A stretch of DNA of 64,000 bases from Octopus vulgaris (taxonomy: Eukaryota): NCBI GenBank assembly GCA_951406725.2, contig OX597833.1, forward strand, positions 54,560,001 through 54,624,000, written 5' to 3'. Below the pieces are notes generated by a model. That model was not told where the DNA came from. It did no database searches and saw only the letters and a list, made by a program, of their open reading frames with translations. This document shows, piece by piece, positions 13,793 to 27,960 of the stretch. Positions within the stretch are counted from its first letter, which is position 1; each line of letters begins with the position of its first letter. The position numbers and the translations under genes were made by a program.

Positions 13793-14330
13793 GTAACAAG
13801 GGTGTCCAGGTATCAGTGTATTATGGCCGTTTCAAGGATCTCCATTTAATAGATCAATGAAAACATTACATCAATTTGAAATAAACTGCTTATTTGCTTT
13901 TTATTCACCTAACTTCAAGCTGCACAGTTTATATTGAACTGGCTTGGTACCTCAATTCAAGTAATTCAACTGAATCTTAATAATTTATATATATATATAG
14001 GTTAGCGAATATTCTTAGAAATTTCCCCAACAGTGGCCTAGCACGTATAAAAAGTCACTAGACAACATATTCTTAATATAAAATAGTGTACATTTAAACA
14101 CAAGAGAAAACTACCTTTAACAGGCAATTTTTACAGGCTATATATATATATATATATATATAGAATGGTGGTAAAACAATGCACCAATATTTACTGGAAA
14201 TAGCAGTCAATAATATACTACACTACAGTGAAGCTTCACTATATATATTCTGACAAGGATGTTTGTGGGTGGCAAACATAAAAAATTTCATATTACCAGT
14301 AGGAAAAACATTAAATATACAACCCAGATG

Positions 14331-14380
<50 letters not shown>

Positions 14381-14384
14381 TATA

Positions 14385-14830
14385 TGTGCCGGTGGCACGT
14401 AAAATACACCAATCTGACCGTACGACAGGCACCCATGCCAACCCCCTTTGCTTGCGAAGACATGTTGGGGCAAGCGAAAGCGAAATCAAATTGAACCAGC
14501 CAGGATCCCTGGTCTGGTGGTTCGTAAAAAGCACTATCCGACTTGTGGCCGATGCCAGCGCCGCCTCGACTGGCTTCTGTGCCAGTGGGACATAAAATAC
14601 ACCAATCCGACCGTGGCCGTTGCCAGCCTCACCTGGCACCTGTGCAGGTGGCACGTAAAAAGCACCCACTACACTCACGGAGTGGTTGGCATTAGGAAGG
14701 GCATCCAGCTGTAGAAACATTGCCAGATAAGACTGGAGCCTGGTGCAGCCTTCTGGCTTCCCAGATCCCCAGTCGAACCGTCCAACCCATGCTAGCATGG
14801 AGAACGGACGTTAAACGATGATGATGATGA
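14385..14830 (+). mobile_element. RTE 3' UTR fragment (family A) in (TA)n
   Basis: Repeated GTGCCGGTGGCACGTAAAA modules and a GGACGTTAAAC(GAT)n end, with TA repeats on both sides. Confidence 0.85.
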
Positions 14831-15600
14831 TATACATACATATATATATATATATATACACTCACACATACATATAAATACATGTGTGTGTGTTTGTGTT
14901 CCTGTTTTCGTACACCACCACTTGACAACCAATGTTGGTTTGTTTACATCTCTAGAACCTAGTGGTTTGGCAAACGTGACTGATAGAAGTACCAGACATT
15001 TTTTTAAAATGCGAAGTACAGAGGTCAGTTTGTTGAACTCAGAAAGAACTGTTCAAAGTTATGCTCCAGCATGACCACAGTCCAACGACTAAAACATTCA
15101 ACCAATAAAAGATTAAAGGCTTTCTCTGATACCTTAGAAACATAATCTGAAGAGAAGTGGTTTGATTCCAAGAAGTAATACAGGACTGTTGAGAACTTTG
15201 ATAAGTTTAGTAATCTTCTATGTTGCCTGGCACCAGTCAAGCTAAACATACAGGCACCGCTGGGGCACCACCATCTTATCGAAGAACATTACAGAAAGAC
15301 ATTCAACTTTTAGTAAATTTTTTTTTACCCATTTAATATTTCAGTAATTAGAACCATTCAACCAATGATTATTTGCAGAGAAATAATGTAAAACCTGTTT
15401 TGTGTTTTAATAAATGCATTTTTTTTTTGATATTTTAATTTATTTTCAAGCTTTGTATTTTATATCCTCGGGCAAATGGCTGTTTTTTTTTTAAAATATT
15501 AATTGTGTAAAGAAAAATGAAGTCTTTCATTCCCTTGTTTCTTTAAAGGCTGTATTTACCATCTTCAGCAAATTGAGAGGAAATAATGTTGTGTTTATCA

Positions 15601-15935
15601 TGGGTGCATGGCTCAGTGGTTAGAGCATCGAGCTTACGATTGCGAGGTTGTGAGTTCAAATCCTGGACCAGGCTGCGTGTTGTGTTTTTGAGCAAGACAT
15701 TTTATTTCACATCGCTCCAGTCCACTCAGTTGTAGAAATGAGTTGTGATGTCACAAGTGCCAAGCTGTATCGGCCTTTGCCTTTCCCTTGGATAACACTG
15801 GTGGCATGGAGAGGGGAGGCTGGTATGCATGGGCGACTGCTGGTCGTCCATAAACAACCTTGCCCAGACTTGTGCCTGGAAGGGTAACTTTCTAGGTGCA
15901 ATCCCATGGTCATTCATGATTGAAGGGGGTCTCAG
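15601..15935 (+). mobile_element. tRNA-headed CORE SINE family D (OR1-like)
   Basis: TGGCTCAGTGGTTAGAGC A box, GAGTTCAAATCC B box, TTGAGCAAGACA-TTTATTTCAC core. A second copy lies at 17718. Confidence 0.85.
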
Positions 15936-15944
15936 CAGCTCAGC

Positions 15945-16363
15945 ATTATGAAAGGACAAAAGACAAAACTGACCTCAGCAGAATTTGAACTCAGAACATA
16001 GTGGCAGACAAAACACCGTTAAGCATTTCATCTGAAATTTGGGGGAGAGGAGGCTAGTCGATTACATTGACCCCAGTGCTCAACTGGTATTTACTTTATC
16101 GACCCTGAAAGGATGAAAGACAAAACTGACCTCAGCGGAATTTGAACTCAGAACATAGTGGTAGACAAAGCACCTCTAAGCATTTATCTGAAATTTGGAG
16201 GAGGGGGGCTAGTCGATTACATTTGCCCCCAGTGCTCAACTGGTATTTACTTTATCGACCCTGAAAGGATTAAATGACAAAACTGACCTCAGTGGAATTT
16301 GAACTCAAAACACCACTAAGCATTTCGCCCAGCGTGTTAATGATTCTGCCTGCTCGTTGCCTT
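15945..16363 (-). mobile_element. Tandem partial SINE B-related units
   Basis: GACAAAACTGACCTCAG.GGAATTTGAACTCA occurs three times; the head ends at GCTCGTTGCCTT. Confidence 0.8.
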
Positions 16364-17087
16364 AATGTCTCTGATTAATAATGATTTTTTGACACTTATT
16401 CATTTAAGCATGAATTTTTAATCCCTAACCCACACTCCTCAAACTTCATTATTATGCCTTAAAAATAACAAAAAAATTTTTTATTTGGACATTACAGATT
16501 CGGAATACAGACATACACAAAAAATAGAGATTTCTGTAATTCTTTAAAAATCAGAAACATATAAAGGTAAGGGGTTTAACAATTCCCTTTTGTTTTGTGT
16601 TTTTGTTTCTTTTTTTAATATGTATGCATTTTTGAATATATAAAATGCTCTTTCGGTCTTTGTTATTTTTGTATATATATAAATATATTTCATTTACATT
16701 TAAAGTGTGTAGATATTTTTTCATTTGCATTTATAATTAAAACATAACGAGTGATTTTTAATTTTTCAGAAAGTGAGACAATGCAATACTTAATGCTTTC
16801 AATATTTAATACTTGTTATGTTCGTTATTTTGATAACTAATAGAGCTATTACATAATATTCATGCATTTTTTATTCATCTAATTAACCATCGTTGTCGCC
16901 ATTATCATTATCATCATCATCATCATCATCGCTGTTACCATCACCATTATCGTCACTGTTCTTACCATCATTGTCATTATCATCATCATCTTCCCCATCA
17001 TCATAATCATCAGCATTATCATCATCACCATTCTGGTCAGCGTTGCCATTATCATCATCACCTACACCATCAGCATCATCAGCAGTA

Positions 17088-17415
17088 GAGGTGCAATGGC
17101 CTAATGGTTAGGGCAGCGAACTCGTGGTCGGAGGATCGCGGTTTCAATTCCCAGACCGGGCTTTGCATGTGTTTATTGAACAAAAACACCTAAAGCTCCA
17201 TGAGGCTCCGGCAAGGGGTGGTGGCGACCCCTGTTGTACTCTTTTGCTCCAACTTTCTCTCACTTTTTCTTCCTGTTTCTGCTCCCCGACTACCTACACA
17301 ACCGCTGAGCCTGGATGCACATTCATCCATCCGTCGATGCTCTTGGTGTTGGGGGTTGACCTGCTTTCTCTTCTGCGGGTCATACGAATAGCAAAGGACC
17401 ACATTTCAGACTTCT
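17088..17415 (+). mobile_element. tRNA-headed SINE family E (tail variant 1)
   Basis: TGGCCTAATGGTTAGGGCAGCG...GGTTTCAATTCC head. The body matches 30098 and 25788 up to the CT-rich tract, then has a different 3' half. Confidence 0.8.
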
Positions 17416-17717
17416 CCCATCGTCGTCATCATCGTCATCATCGACATCATTGCCATCAACGCTTTAATGTCAACTTTGTCTTGTTAAGACAAATTTTCCA
17501 TGCTGGATGCTCTTCCAGATGCCAACTCTCTACTTGTGTTCAAATAAGGTCATATTTCTCCGTGGTTCTTTATAGAAGATTGGAAGTGAAAGACCATACT
17601 GTTTGTACAGCAGTGGTGCTCCTTTTATGGCCATCATGTGATAAGTCGAGGAAACACACACACATGCGCACATGCATGCACACAAACACGCACACACACA
17701 CACGCACATATATACAG

Positions 17718-18152
17718 TGAAGGCACATGACTCAGTGGTTAGAGCAACGAGCTCATAATCATGAGATAGTGAGTTCAATTCTCAGATCAGACAGTGTGTC
17801 AATTACATCAGCCCCAGTGCTCAACTGGTACTTATTTTATCAACCCTGAAAGGATGAAAGACAAAACTGACCTCGGCGGAATTTGAACTTGTGTTCTTGA
17901 GCAAGACACTTTATTTCACGTTGGTCCAGTTCACTCATCCTTAGAAATGAGTTGCAACATCACTGGTGCCAAGCTGTATCAGCCCCTTTGCCTTTCCCTT
18001 GGATAACATCAGTGGCATGGAGAGGGGAGGTCGGTATGCATGGGTGACTGCTAGCCTTCCACAAACGACCTTTCCTGGACTTGTGCCTCAGAGGCAGTTT
18101 TTCTAGGTGAAACCCCATGATAATTCATAACTGAAGGGGGTCTTTACCCTTT
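17718..18152 (+). mobile_element. SINE D with an antisense SINE B fragment inserted (17798-17890)
   Basis: Aligns to 15601-15935 on both sides of the insert. Confidence 0.85.
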
Positions 18153-18672
18153 ACATAAACAAGATTCCTGTCTTCCACCCAGGCAGCTCGGGTTCGGTTT
18201 CCAATCAGGAAAATGTTACATTTCACAATGGTGCTCCAGCATGGCTGCAGCTACACAGTTGAAATGAATAAAAGAATTATATACATAAAATAATTATTAA
18301 CAACAAAAGCAATATTAATGCCAAAAGGCAATTTTAATATCCAACTTAACAAAGATGTATTATAAGAACAACTAATACTGTGTTATTTACCTCGAGAGGA
18401 CCTCTCATATGAATGCATAGTGTATAAGAGCACATACATTTATATCACTGGCAGATGAGATTCATCTGCTATGGGTAGGCACCAGAACTGTCAGATCACA
18501 GGATTTCAGTGTGCTCCATCTCATCAGTGGTAGACATCCAATGACTGCATATCAGCCAGATATCACTACCAACAGTATATGGAATTTCAGTGACTGTTCA
18601 GGCGCTGGTGTTGCAAAGAGGTAACAGGTTTATTAATATATTAAGATGTACAGATAGATAGATAGATAGATA

Positions 18673-19215
18673 CAGGGTCAGGCAAAATGATCTGACACAT
18701 TTGTAGGTTAAATAAAAGGCATTGTTTTTCGTTTCTTTTTCAGTTGCTGCCATGAATTGGACTGGGGAGCATTGCGCTTTCATTGTGGAAACGTTTATCA
18801 AAACAAACGATTCTGCAACTGCAACACAAAGAGCATTCCGTTTGCACTTCAATCTTGGTAGACATGATCCCGTACCAGCTCGAAACACGATCTTGTTATG
18901 CGTTACCAACTTCAGAGCTACTGGATCTGCATTGAAATGAAAATCAACCGAAAATCAAACTTAAAGATGCAATTCGTCAAGAAATTACTGCCATTCCACA
19001 TGAAATGAACCGCCGAGTTATTGACAACTTTCATGAACGCCTTTGACAGTGTGTGGTCAATAATGGATCCCATTTGACTAATTTAATTTTTAAAACATAA
19101 TGAAACAAAATGGCATTATATGTACTTTTCAAAAATAAAAACACTTTTTTGTTTCTTTACTTCATTTGCCTTTTATTTAACCTACAAATGTGTCAGATCA
19201 TTTTGCCTGACCCTG
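18673..19215 (+). mobile_element. Internally deleted Tc1/mariner element
   Basis: Perfect ~49-bp TIRs (CAGGGTCAGGCAAAATGATCTGACACATTTGTAGG...) and TA TSD inside (GATA)n. The N-terminal HTH (ATATQRAFRLHF..VPARNTI, DUF4817-like) is joined to the C-terminus LKDAIRQEITAIP..; the catalytic domain is missing. Confidence 0.93.
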
Positions 19216-19882
19216 TAGATAGATAGAGAGATAAATGATAGATAGATAGTCCCACTGCATGGTAACTTGCGCAAGTGTCTTTTACTAAAACCTTGGGACG
19301 ACCAAAGCCTTGTTGATGGATTTGTTAATTGGAAACTGAAAGAAGGCTGTCATATATATATATGGATAATATGTCTACACGCATATAAATGTAATTTCGC
19401 ACAATGCAGTGAGAATTAATTTTGAGTAAGCGTTAACTTAATGTAATTTTATTTTATTTTACTTTAAGGTATGGATGATTTAATTTACTTCAAACCTCCC
19501 CATTCTTCTAAACACCTATTAAATATCTAACTTGCTTTGTAATCATGAGTGCACCTAACCTTGCATGTACATATGCTCACATTTTTGCTAATGCTTGTAT
19601 GAGCATGTGTACTTGTGCCATACAGCTTGCCTGGGTGCATTTATACATACATATCTGCAAACGGTTATTTTCAATACTTTTCTCACTGGATTAAGTGTTC
19701 GTTTCTCTTTTTTGTCTTCTGCAATTTTATTTTGGGATCTTCTATATATATATATATATATATGAAGAATTTTCCTCCGTCTGCCTGTTTTTCTCTCTAC
19801 GCAACGGAAAGTTACATTACGGAGCAGTCATTTTAATGAGTTTTTCTATATATTTATCACCCGATGAAATATGTCTGCACCA

Positions 19883-20196
19883 TCATCATCATTGTCCGAC
19901 CGTGGTCGAGACAATGGAATTTACTATGTTACGCCAGACTTCACGGTCCATCATAGCATTACGGAGGTCCTGTTGCTGGATGCCTGTATCCCTGGAGATT
20001 ACATCAGGGTAAGAGAGTGTGTGCCCTCTGGTATCACGAGCAGATGGCTTCCAGAGGAGAAGAGTAGAAATTACCTCGTTTTCAGCTCTACAACAATGTC
20101 CAGCAAACTGGACTCTTCTACCTTTCACAAGAGATGACACAGGTAGTAGTTTCCCATATATTTGCATTTTGGTTGGATGACGCTTCCACAAGATAT
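19883..20196 (-). mobile_element. RTE LINE 3' fragment
   Basis: RRVQFAGHCCRAENEVISTLLLWKP...MMDREVWR, with a (TGA)n tail. The same family occurs at 47100. Confidence 0.9.
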
Positions 20197-21149
20197 GTCA
20201 TGGCTGTGTGTTAAGAAGCTTGCTTCCCAACCACATGGATCTGGGCTCAGTCCCACTGCTTGGCACCTTGGGCAAGTGTCTTTTACTATAGCCTCAGGAC
20301 AACAAAATATCTCGTGGAAGCGTCATCCAACCAAAGTACAAATATATGGGAAATTACCACCTGTATTTAAATATAATTTATGTCTGCACCACTGGATACT
20401 CCTGAACCAGTTTTTGTGTGTCCCACAAGAGGAGTCGATGCTAGATGTGTCGAAACAATTGTTGTGATTAATAATATATTCTCGTATATTCCATCTTCTG
20501 TCTTTCATTTGTTATTTATTCATATATGTATATGTATGTGTTTTTGTGTCTGTGTCTGTGTTTGTCCTCCCACCCCCACTGCTGCATCACCGCTTAGCAA
20601 CTGGTGCTGGTGTGTTGACATCCCTGTAACTTAGTGGTTCAGCAAAAGAGACTGATAGAATAAGTACCTGGCTACAAAAAAAATAAGACCTGGGGTAGAT
20701 TTGTCTGACTAAAACTCTTCTAGTTGGTGCTCCAGCATGACCTGCTATCAAATGACTGAAACAAGTAAAAGAATATTGCATTAGAATGGAGAAGAAGAAA
20801 AATTTTAATTTAAATTTTTTTTGCAGATTCTGAAATTCTGAATCTCTGATTTTCCAAACGTAAAAGATCAAAGACCATTTTTTAAAAAAATGTATAATAC
20901 AAAAAAAAAAGGGAGGCGTGGTGGTGTTGGTGGGGTTAATTTTAAAATCCATGCTTAAATGAACGTATCGAATTTTTTTCACCGTTCTTCCATGGAGAAA
21001 CATGCCTGGCCAAAGGAGGAAACGTTGCCTTACTTTTGCTTAGAAGCAGGTGAGGGTTGGTGACAGGATAGGCATCCAGCCGTAGAGAATCTGCCTCAAC
21101 AAATTTTGTCTCACCTATGCAAGCATGGGAAAGCATACATTAAATTGTG

Positions 21150-21433
21150 TCAATGATGACGACGACGATGATGATGATGATGAGAATGATGACCGATTAT
21201 GATGGTGGTGGTGGTGGTGGTGGTGATGATGACTACAATGTTGGTGATGATTGTGGTGAGGATGGTGATGGTTGTGGTGGTGGTGGTGGTGGTGGTGATG
21301 ACGGTGATGGTGGTGCTGATGATGATGATGATGATGATGATCATCATCATGATGATGATGATCACAATGGTGATGATGATGATGATTGTGATGGTGGTGA
21401 TGATGATGGTGATGATGATGATGATGATGGTGG

Positions 21434-21470
<37 letters not shown>

Positions 21471-22500
21471 CACAATGGTGATGATGATGATTGTGGTGGT
21501 GGTGATGATGATGGTGATGATGATGATAATGATGGTGGTGATGATGATGATGGTGAGGGAGAAGGGGAGGAGGAGGATTACATCTTCATAATTTATGATG
21601 ATGTATTTATTATGCAAAATTAGTCATTGATTAAAATAATCTTCTGGGGTTTTGGTGGGTTTTTTTTTTTTAATAATGCATGAGGAGGGCACATTTGAAA
21701 AATTCCATCTTGTGAAAGGGGGTCACTGTGCCACAAAACTGTTGTGGACCTCTGATGTAGTGGAATCTCTTCCGTTAGAAAGATTCAGGCCAAGTTTCAT
21801 GACCGAGAATGCCTTTCTATCTTCCTTCTCTCCGCTCTTTCCCCACTCTTCACCCATCACTGGTCACAGAAGCCCTGATAAAAGGGCTATGATATTGATG
21901 ATGATGTTGACGATGATGTTCACAATAACGATGACAGTGTTCATGATGATGATGACGATGACGATGATGATGATAATGTTCATAATAATGATGACAGTGT
22001 TCATGATGATGATGACGATGACGATGATGATGATAATGTTCATAATAATGATGACAGTGTTCATGATGATGATGACAATGACGATGATGGTGATGAAATT
22101 GCTGCTGCTACTGATGATGATGATGACGACTATAATGATGATGATGGTGCTGATGATGATGAAGATGATGATGAGGAAGATGATGATGATGATGATGTGG
22201 ATGATGATGTTGACAATAATGATGACAATGTTGAAGATGGTGGTACTGATGATGATGATGATGATGATGATGACTACAATGTTGGTGATGGTGGTGGTGA
22301 TGACGACGACGACGACGACGATGACGACGATGATGACGATGATGATGATCATGGTGCTGATGATGTTCACAATAATGATGACAGTGTTGCTGATGATGAT
22401 GATAATGACTACAATGTTAGTGATGGTGGTGGTGGTGATGGTGGTGGTGGTGATGATGATGATGGTGATGATGATGATGGGGAGGAGGAGGATTACATCT
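21150..22500. repeat. Two (GAT/GGT)n arrays separated by a unique spacer
   Basis: Both end in GGGGAGGAGGAGGATTACATCTT. There is a 60-bp higher-order unit at 21915-22090. Confidence 0.9.
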
Positions 22501-23531
22501 TTGTATTTTATGCTAATTTCTATCATAGAAATGATAAGCATTGAATTTAGGTGGATTGGAATAGGAAAAGAACAAATTAATTGACCAAAGTACATGACTG
22601 GTATTTATTCAGTTGACACCCACCCACAGCTCCATAATGATGGAAAGCAAAATTTTAATCTCAACAAGAATTGAACATTCAGAATGAAAACTGACATAAT
22701 TATACTGATTTCACATTTTGGCACAAGGCCAGCAACTTCAGGGAAGGGGAAGGGTCAGTCGATTACATCAACCCCAGTGTTTAACTGGTACTTATTTTAT
22801 CGACCCTGAAAGGATGAACAGGCAGAGTTGACTCCAAAAGAATGAAAGGTATAGAGAACCCTTAAAGGATGAAAAGTAAAGTTGACCTCGGCAGAATTTG
22901 AACTCAGGACATAAAGATGGGAAAATGCCACAAAAGAATTATGCCCAGTTTGCTAACGATTCTGCTAACGATTTAAGAGGAATAATTATATCAAAACTTG
23001 CGTTTACCTGTATTTGATGACAAAGTTTCAGCTGAAAAAGTTTAACCTGTAACCAATAATAAGAGAGATATTGCTCTCTCGCTCTCTCTCTTACTCACTC
23101 TCTTTCTCTTTCTCTCTCTCTCTCACTTTCTCTCCTCCTCTGTCTCTTTATTTCTCTCCCTCTCTCTCTCACTTTCTCTCGCCCTCACTTTCTCTCTTTC
23201 TCTGTCTCTGTCTCATTATTTCTCTCTGTTTTTTTCTCTGATTCTTTCTCTCTCGCTCTCTCTTTGTTTCTCCCTTTCTCTCCTTCTTTCCTACCGTCTT
23301 TCTCTCTTTCTCTTCCCTCCCATCCCTCTCCCACTTAGAAATATATTTATAAATTCAAAGATACATAACATACATATGTACATACAAACATACATGCTTG
23401 CATACTTACATACATACATACATACATACACACACATATATATATGTATATATATACGTATATATATATATATATATATATAGACATACAAACATATATG
23501 TATATATATATATATACAGACTTACATACAT

Positions 23532-23602
<71 letters not shown>

Positions 23603-23612
23603 CAAGCGCACG

Positions 23613-23660
<48 letters not shown>

Positions 23661-23763
23661 AAAATAAAAGCAAAATTGAATAACCAGAGGTGTTATTGAT
23701 TCTCTTTCTAAATGTCATTTACATTTTGAAATATGAAAGTCCGTAAAAGTGACTTTGTACATG

Positions 23764-23823
<60 letters not shown>

Positions 23824-23894
23824 GTATGTATATATTTACATATAAATATATATGTCCATCCAACCCATGCCAGCATGGAAAACGGATGCTAAAC

Positions 23895-23925
<31 letters not shown>

Positions 23926-24080
23926 TTTACATATTAATTTTAGATGAGTTTATAACTTCGTGTTGTTATTGTTAAATCATGTGTTTATTTGTGTAAATGT
24001 AAAAGGTATGTGCATTGTGTAAGCATATATGTATTGGTTTAGCAGTTGAATGTGTATGCGTATGTGTGTGCGTGTGTATA

Positions 24081-24116
<36 letters not shown>

Positions 24117-25787
24117 TATATGAATTATGTATATATACATATAGGTGCAGGTATGGCTGTGTGGTAACAAGCTTGCTTCCCAACCACATGGTTCTGGGTT
24201 CAGTCCCACTGCATGGAACTTTGGTTTAGCCTCAGGCTATATAAGTGTGTGCATGTGTGTGTGTGTGTGTGTGTGTGTGCATGTTGTGTATGTGTGTGTA
24301 TCTGGGGGGGGGGTCTGGGAGTTTGTATTTGTGCGCCCCCTCCCATTCACTGCTTGACAACCGGTGTTGGTGTGTTTATGCCCATGGTCAGTGAAAGTGA
24401 GTCGAACAGTAAAAATATGTAAGACTTTTCTCAAGTTCTAAATGTGAATTTGTCTGTGTTAACTACATCCCAAAGATGGAGCCTTGTATGTTTGTCGGAA
24501 ACCGGCTCTCTCCTCAGTGGAAGATTTATAATAATTTTAAAGTAGAAGAGACCCATACATACATACATACATAAACTTTCATATATGTATACACTTTCAT
24601 TCATTAATTTTAAGTCTGTTTTTCCATGCAAGGAGGGGTTAAGTTAATATATTATTGTGGCATTGTTTTACAGCCACATATCACTTGTTTTTGAAGTAAG
24701 GGATCTGTTATTTCACGCATCTTTGAAAGCACAAAAGTAGTGAGCAATTTGTTAACAGGACAAATGACAACAACGTCACTTGTTGCTTGAAGGCAGCTTG
24801 AACTACGAAACATGTTGCATAAACTGTCCTAATCGCAAAAAAAATTACATCAGCCACACTGGAATCTCCCTTTGTGAATGAGTGAGAACATATAAATAAC
24901 AGATTAGACAATCAGAGTTACAGAAAATCCCAGTGGATGAACATCAAGATGTCTGTGGAAAGCAAATTTGAGATTTTCTCATTTTATAAATATTCTATGA
25001 AACGTCCAAAATACTGGAAAAAAAATTAAGAAACATTTTATCAAAAAATTTATCTCTAATGTATATACATATATAAAATTTCTATTTATAGAGTAACTGA
25101 AAATGCTATTAAAGAAAGACATTTTCAATTGAACCAAACCAGATCACCACAGATATTAATGTTGTTGTTACTGCTATTATCAAAATATATTATTGAGAAA
25201 GGTTTTAAACAATCTCACACATACACACACACACGTGCACACAGACACACATATATGTGCTCACACACACATACATGCACACAATCACACATATGCAAAT
25301 GTATATAGAACCCTCCAAAAACCCATTCACATATCTTGAACAAAAACCAACCAACCATTTAATGACATCCCCAGATTAAAACGAATGATTTATTGAAATT
25401 AATAAACAGCTAGACATTTCTGGACAAACTTTTCATCAAAACTACCATCCCTGAAATCATTTGCTTTTCGTTTCATTCTTCAAATAACAGATGACATTTC
25501 TTTTAAACATATTTATAGAAATCAATAAACAGTTGGCCTTTCTGGACAAAGATGTCGCCCAAGCAAAAAGAGAAAAGCTAATAAAAAAAAGCAACCTTCC
25601 TAAAACTCATTTGTTTTTTGTTTAAACATTCACCAAACAAATACATATACACACATATATACACACACGCACATATATAGATTCATAATAGCAAACAACT
25701 AAATATACACTCTCAAAATTTACTTATTCTTTGTCCAACCCCAAGATTCAAGTAAACAAATTTACTAAGAATAGTTGAATTTCTAGA

Positions 25788-26055
25788 GAAGGCATATGGC
25801 CTAGTGGTTAGAGAAGCAGACTCATGGTTGAGGTATCATGGGTTCAAGTCTTAGACCGAGCAATGCATGTTTTTTTATGAGTGAAACACCTAAGCTCTGG
25901 CAGAAGGTAATGATGAACTTCTACTGACTTTTTTGCCACAACTTTCTCTCACCCTTTCCTCCTGCATCTAGAAGCTCACTTGCATCAGACTGGTGTCCAA
26001 TCCAGGTGGGGAACCTATATGCCGATGAAAGCAGGAAACCAGCCCTTATGATCTG
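25788..26055 (+). mobile_element. SINE E, degenerate (tail variant 2)
   Basis: Aligns along its length to 30098-30404. Confidence 0.8.
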
Positions 26056-26122
26056 TTAACAGATTATTATAAGATTAATCAGCGAACAGGAAACCCCAAT
26101 TGTGCAGCAGGAAGCACTACAA

Positions 26123-26541
26123 CTCTCTTTACTCTTTTACTTGTTTCAGTCATTTGACTGCAGCCATGCTGGAGCACCGCCTTTAGCTGAGCAAATCGAC
26201 CTCGGGACTTATTCTTTGTAAGCCCAGTACTTATTCTATTGGTCTCTTTTGCCGAACCGCTAAGTGATGGGGACGTAAACACACCAGCAGCATCGGTTGT
26301 CATGCAATGCTAGGGGGACAAACACAGACACACAAACACACACACACACATACATACATATATATATACATATATACGACAGGCTTCTTTCAGTTTCCGT
26401 CTATCAAATCCACTCACAAGGCATTGGTCGGCCCGGGGCTATAGCAGAAGACACTTGCCCAAGATGCCACGCAGTGGGACTGAACCCGGAACCATGTGGT
26501 TGGTTAGCAAGCTACTTACCACACAGCCACTCCTGCGCCTA
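26123..26541 (-). mobile_element. SINE C, full length
   Basis: Reverse complement of the family C consensus. Confidence 0.92.
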
Positions 26542-27290
26542 TGGTTACATTACATGAATATTTCTTGGTGGGTATTCAGTGAGCCTGATCTACATACATA
26601 CATGCATACATATATGTGTGTGTGTGTATTTACATATGGGAAACAGAACATATTTGAGAGTATATGCTTTATTTACTAGCTATAAGAGTGACTCAAATGC
26701 CAAGAGTTTCATAACAATGCACTAAACAAACTAGGCAAAAATTTAAAGCATTGAATGTATATATTAACAAAACATTGAGCATTTTAAAATATTCATTCAC
26801 AACACAAAACAAAAATCTGTTGTCATATCATTACAGTGACTTTCAAAATCTACTCACTGATTGATGTATGTAAATATAAAAGTTCTACTAACAAATGCAC
26901 ACATATTTGCATATATTAACATATATAATGCATGCTGTATACTGCAATATATTAGTACAAGTGACTAAGTAGCCAGCTGCAAACATAAACACACGCCCAT
27001 ACACACATACATACACACATGCATATATACATATATACATGCATATATATATATATATTATATATATGACTAGTAGTCAGCTGCATAATTAACATCTATA
27101 TATATAGATATACATACATATATACACTCGTATATATGGCATAATTAAATATATAGATATATATATATGGCATTATTAAATTTATATATATATATACACA
27201 CAGACATTTATATATATATATATGTATGTATGTATGTATATATATATATATATATATATATACATACACAGACATTTATATATGTATGTA

Positions 27291-27342
<52 letters not shown>

Positions 27343-27561
27343 TACGCAGATATTATATATATATACAAATACACAGACATTTATATATATAAAACTCCTT
27401 TATACACACGCACGTGCACCTTCGTTTTGGGATCACCACTACTTTATTATATTCCCTTCTCCCTAGCTCTCCTCTGTAACCCTTCTGTCTGGCATTTGCC
27501 ATGATAGATCGCTAGCCACTATAAATTCTTTATTTTCTCTCCTTGTTTCTTTCTGTGTTCC

Positions 27562-27597
27562 GTTCTGTAGAAGAGCGTAGGCTCGAAACATTAAAGA
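27562..27597 (+). ncRNA. Degenerate Penelope-type minimal hammerhead motif
   Basis: CTGTAGA-A-GAGC-GTAG-GCTC-GAAAC; position 6 deviates from CUGANGA. It lies in a T-rich pseudo-LTR-like segment (~27420-27690). Confidence 0.55.
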
Positions 27598-27684
27598 TGT
27601 TTTCACTTTCCGAGCGTTATACTAATATATCTGTTTGTTGTCTATACCATCTGACTTTGTCTTTTGTTTTTTTGTGAATTCTCC

Positions 27685-27751
<67 letters not shown>

Positions 27752-27753
<2 letters not shown>

Positions 27754-27960
27754 CTGCCAGTACCGCCTGACTGGCCGTGTGCTGGTGGCACGTAAAAAAG
27801 CATCTACTACCCTCTCAGAGTGGTTGGTGTTAGGAAGGGCACCCAGCTGTAGAAACTCTGCCAAATTGAGATTGGAGCCTGGTGCAGCCTTCTGGCTTCC
27901 CAGACCCCAGTTGAACCGTCCAACTGGAAATGCTAAACGATGATGATGATGATGCTGATG
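27752..27960 (+). mobile_element. RTE 3' UTR fragment (family A)
   Basis: Family A motifs and a (GAT)n tail, next to (TA)n. Confidence 0.85.

Noticed and set aside
14246-14295. Possible hammerhead CTGACAAGG-ATGTTTG..CAAACAT-AAAAA
   Set aside because: Both core segments are broken; too degenerate to call.
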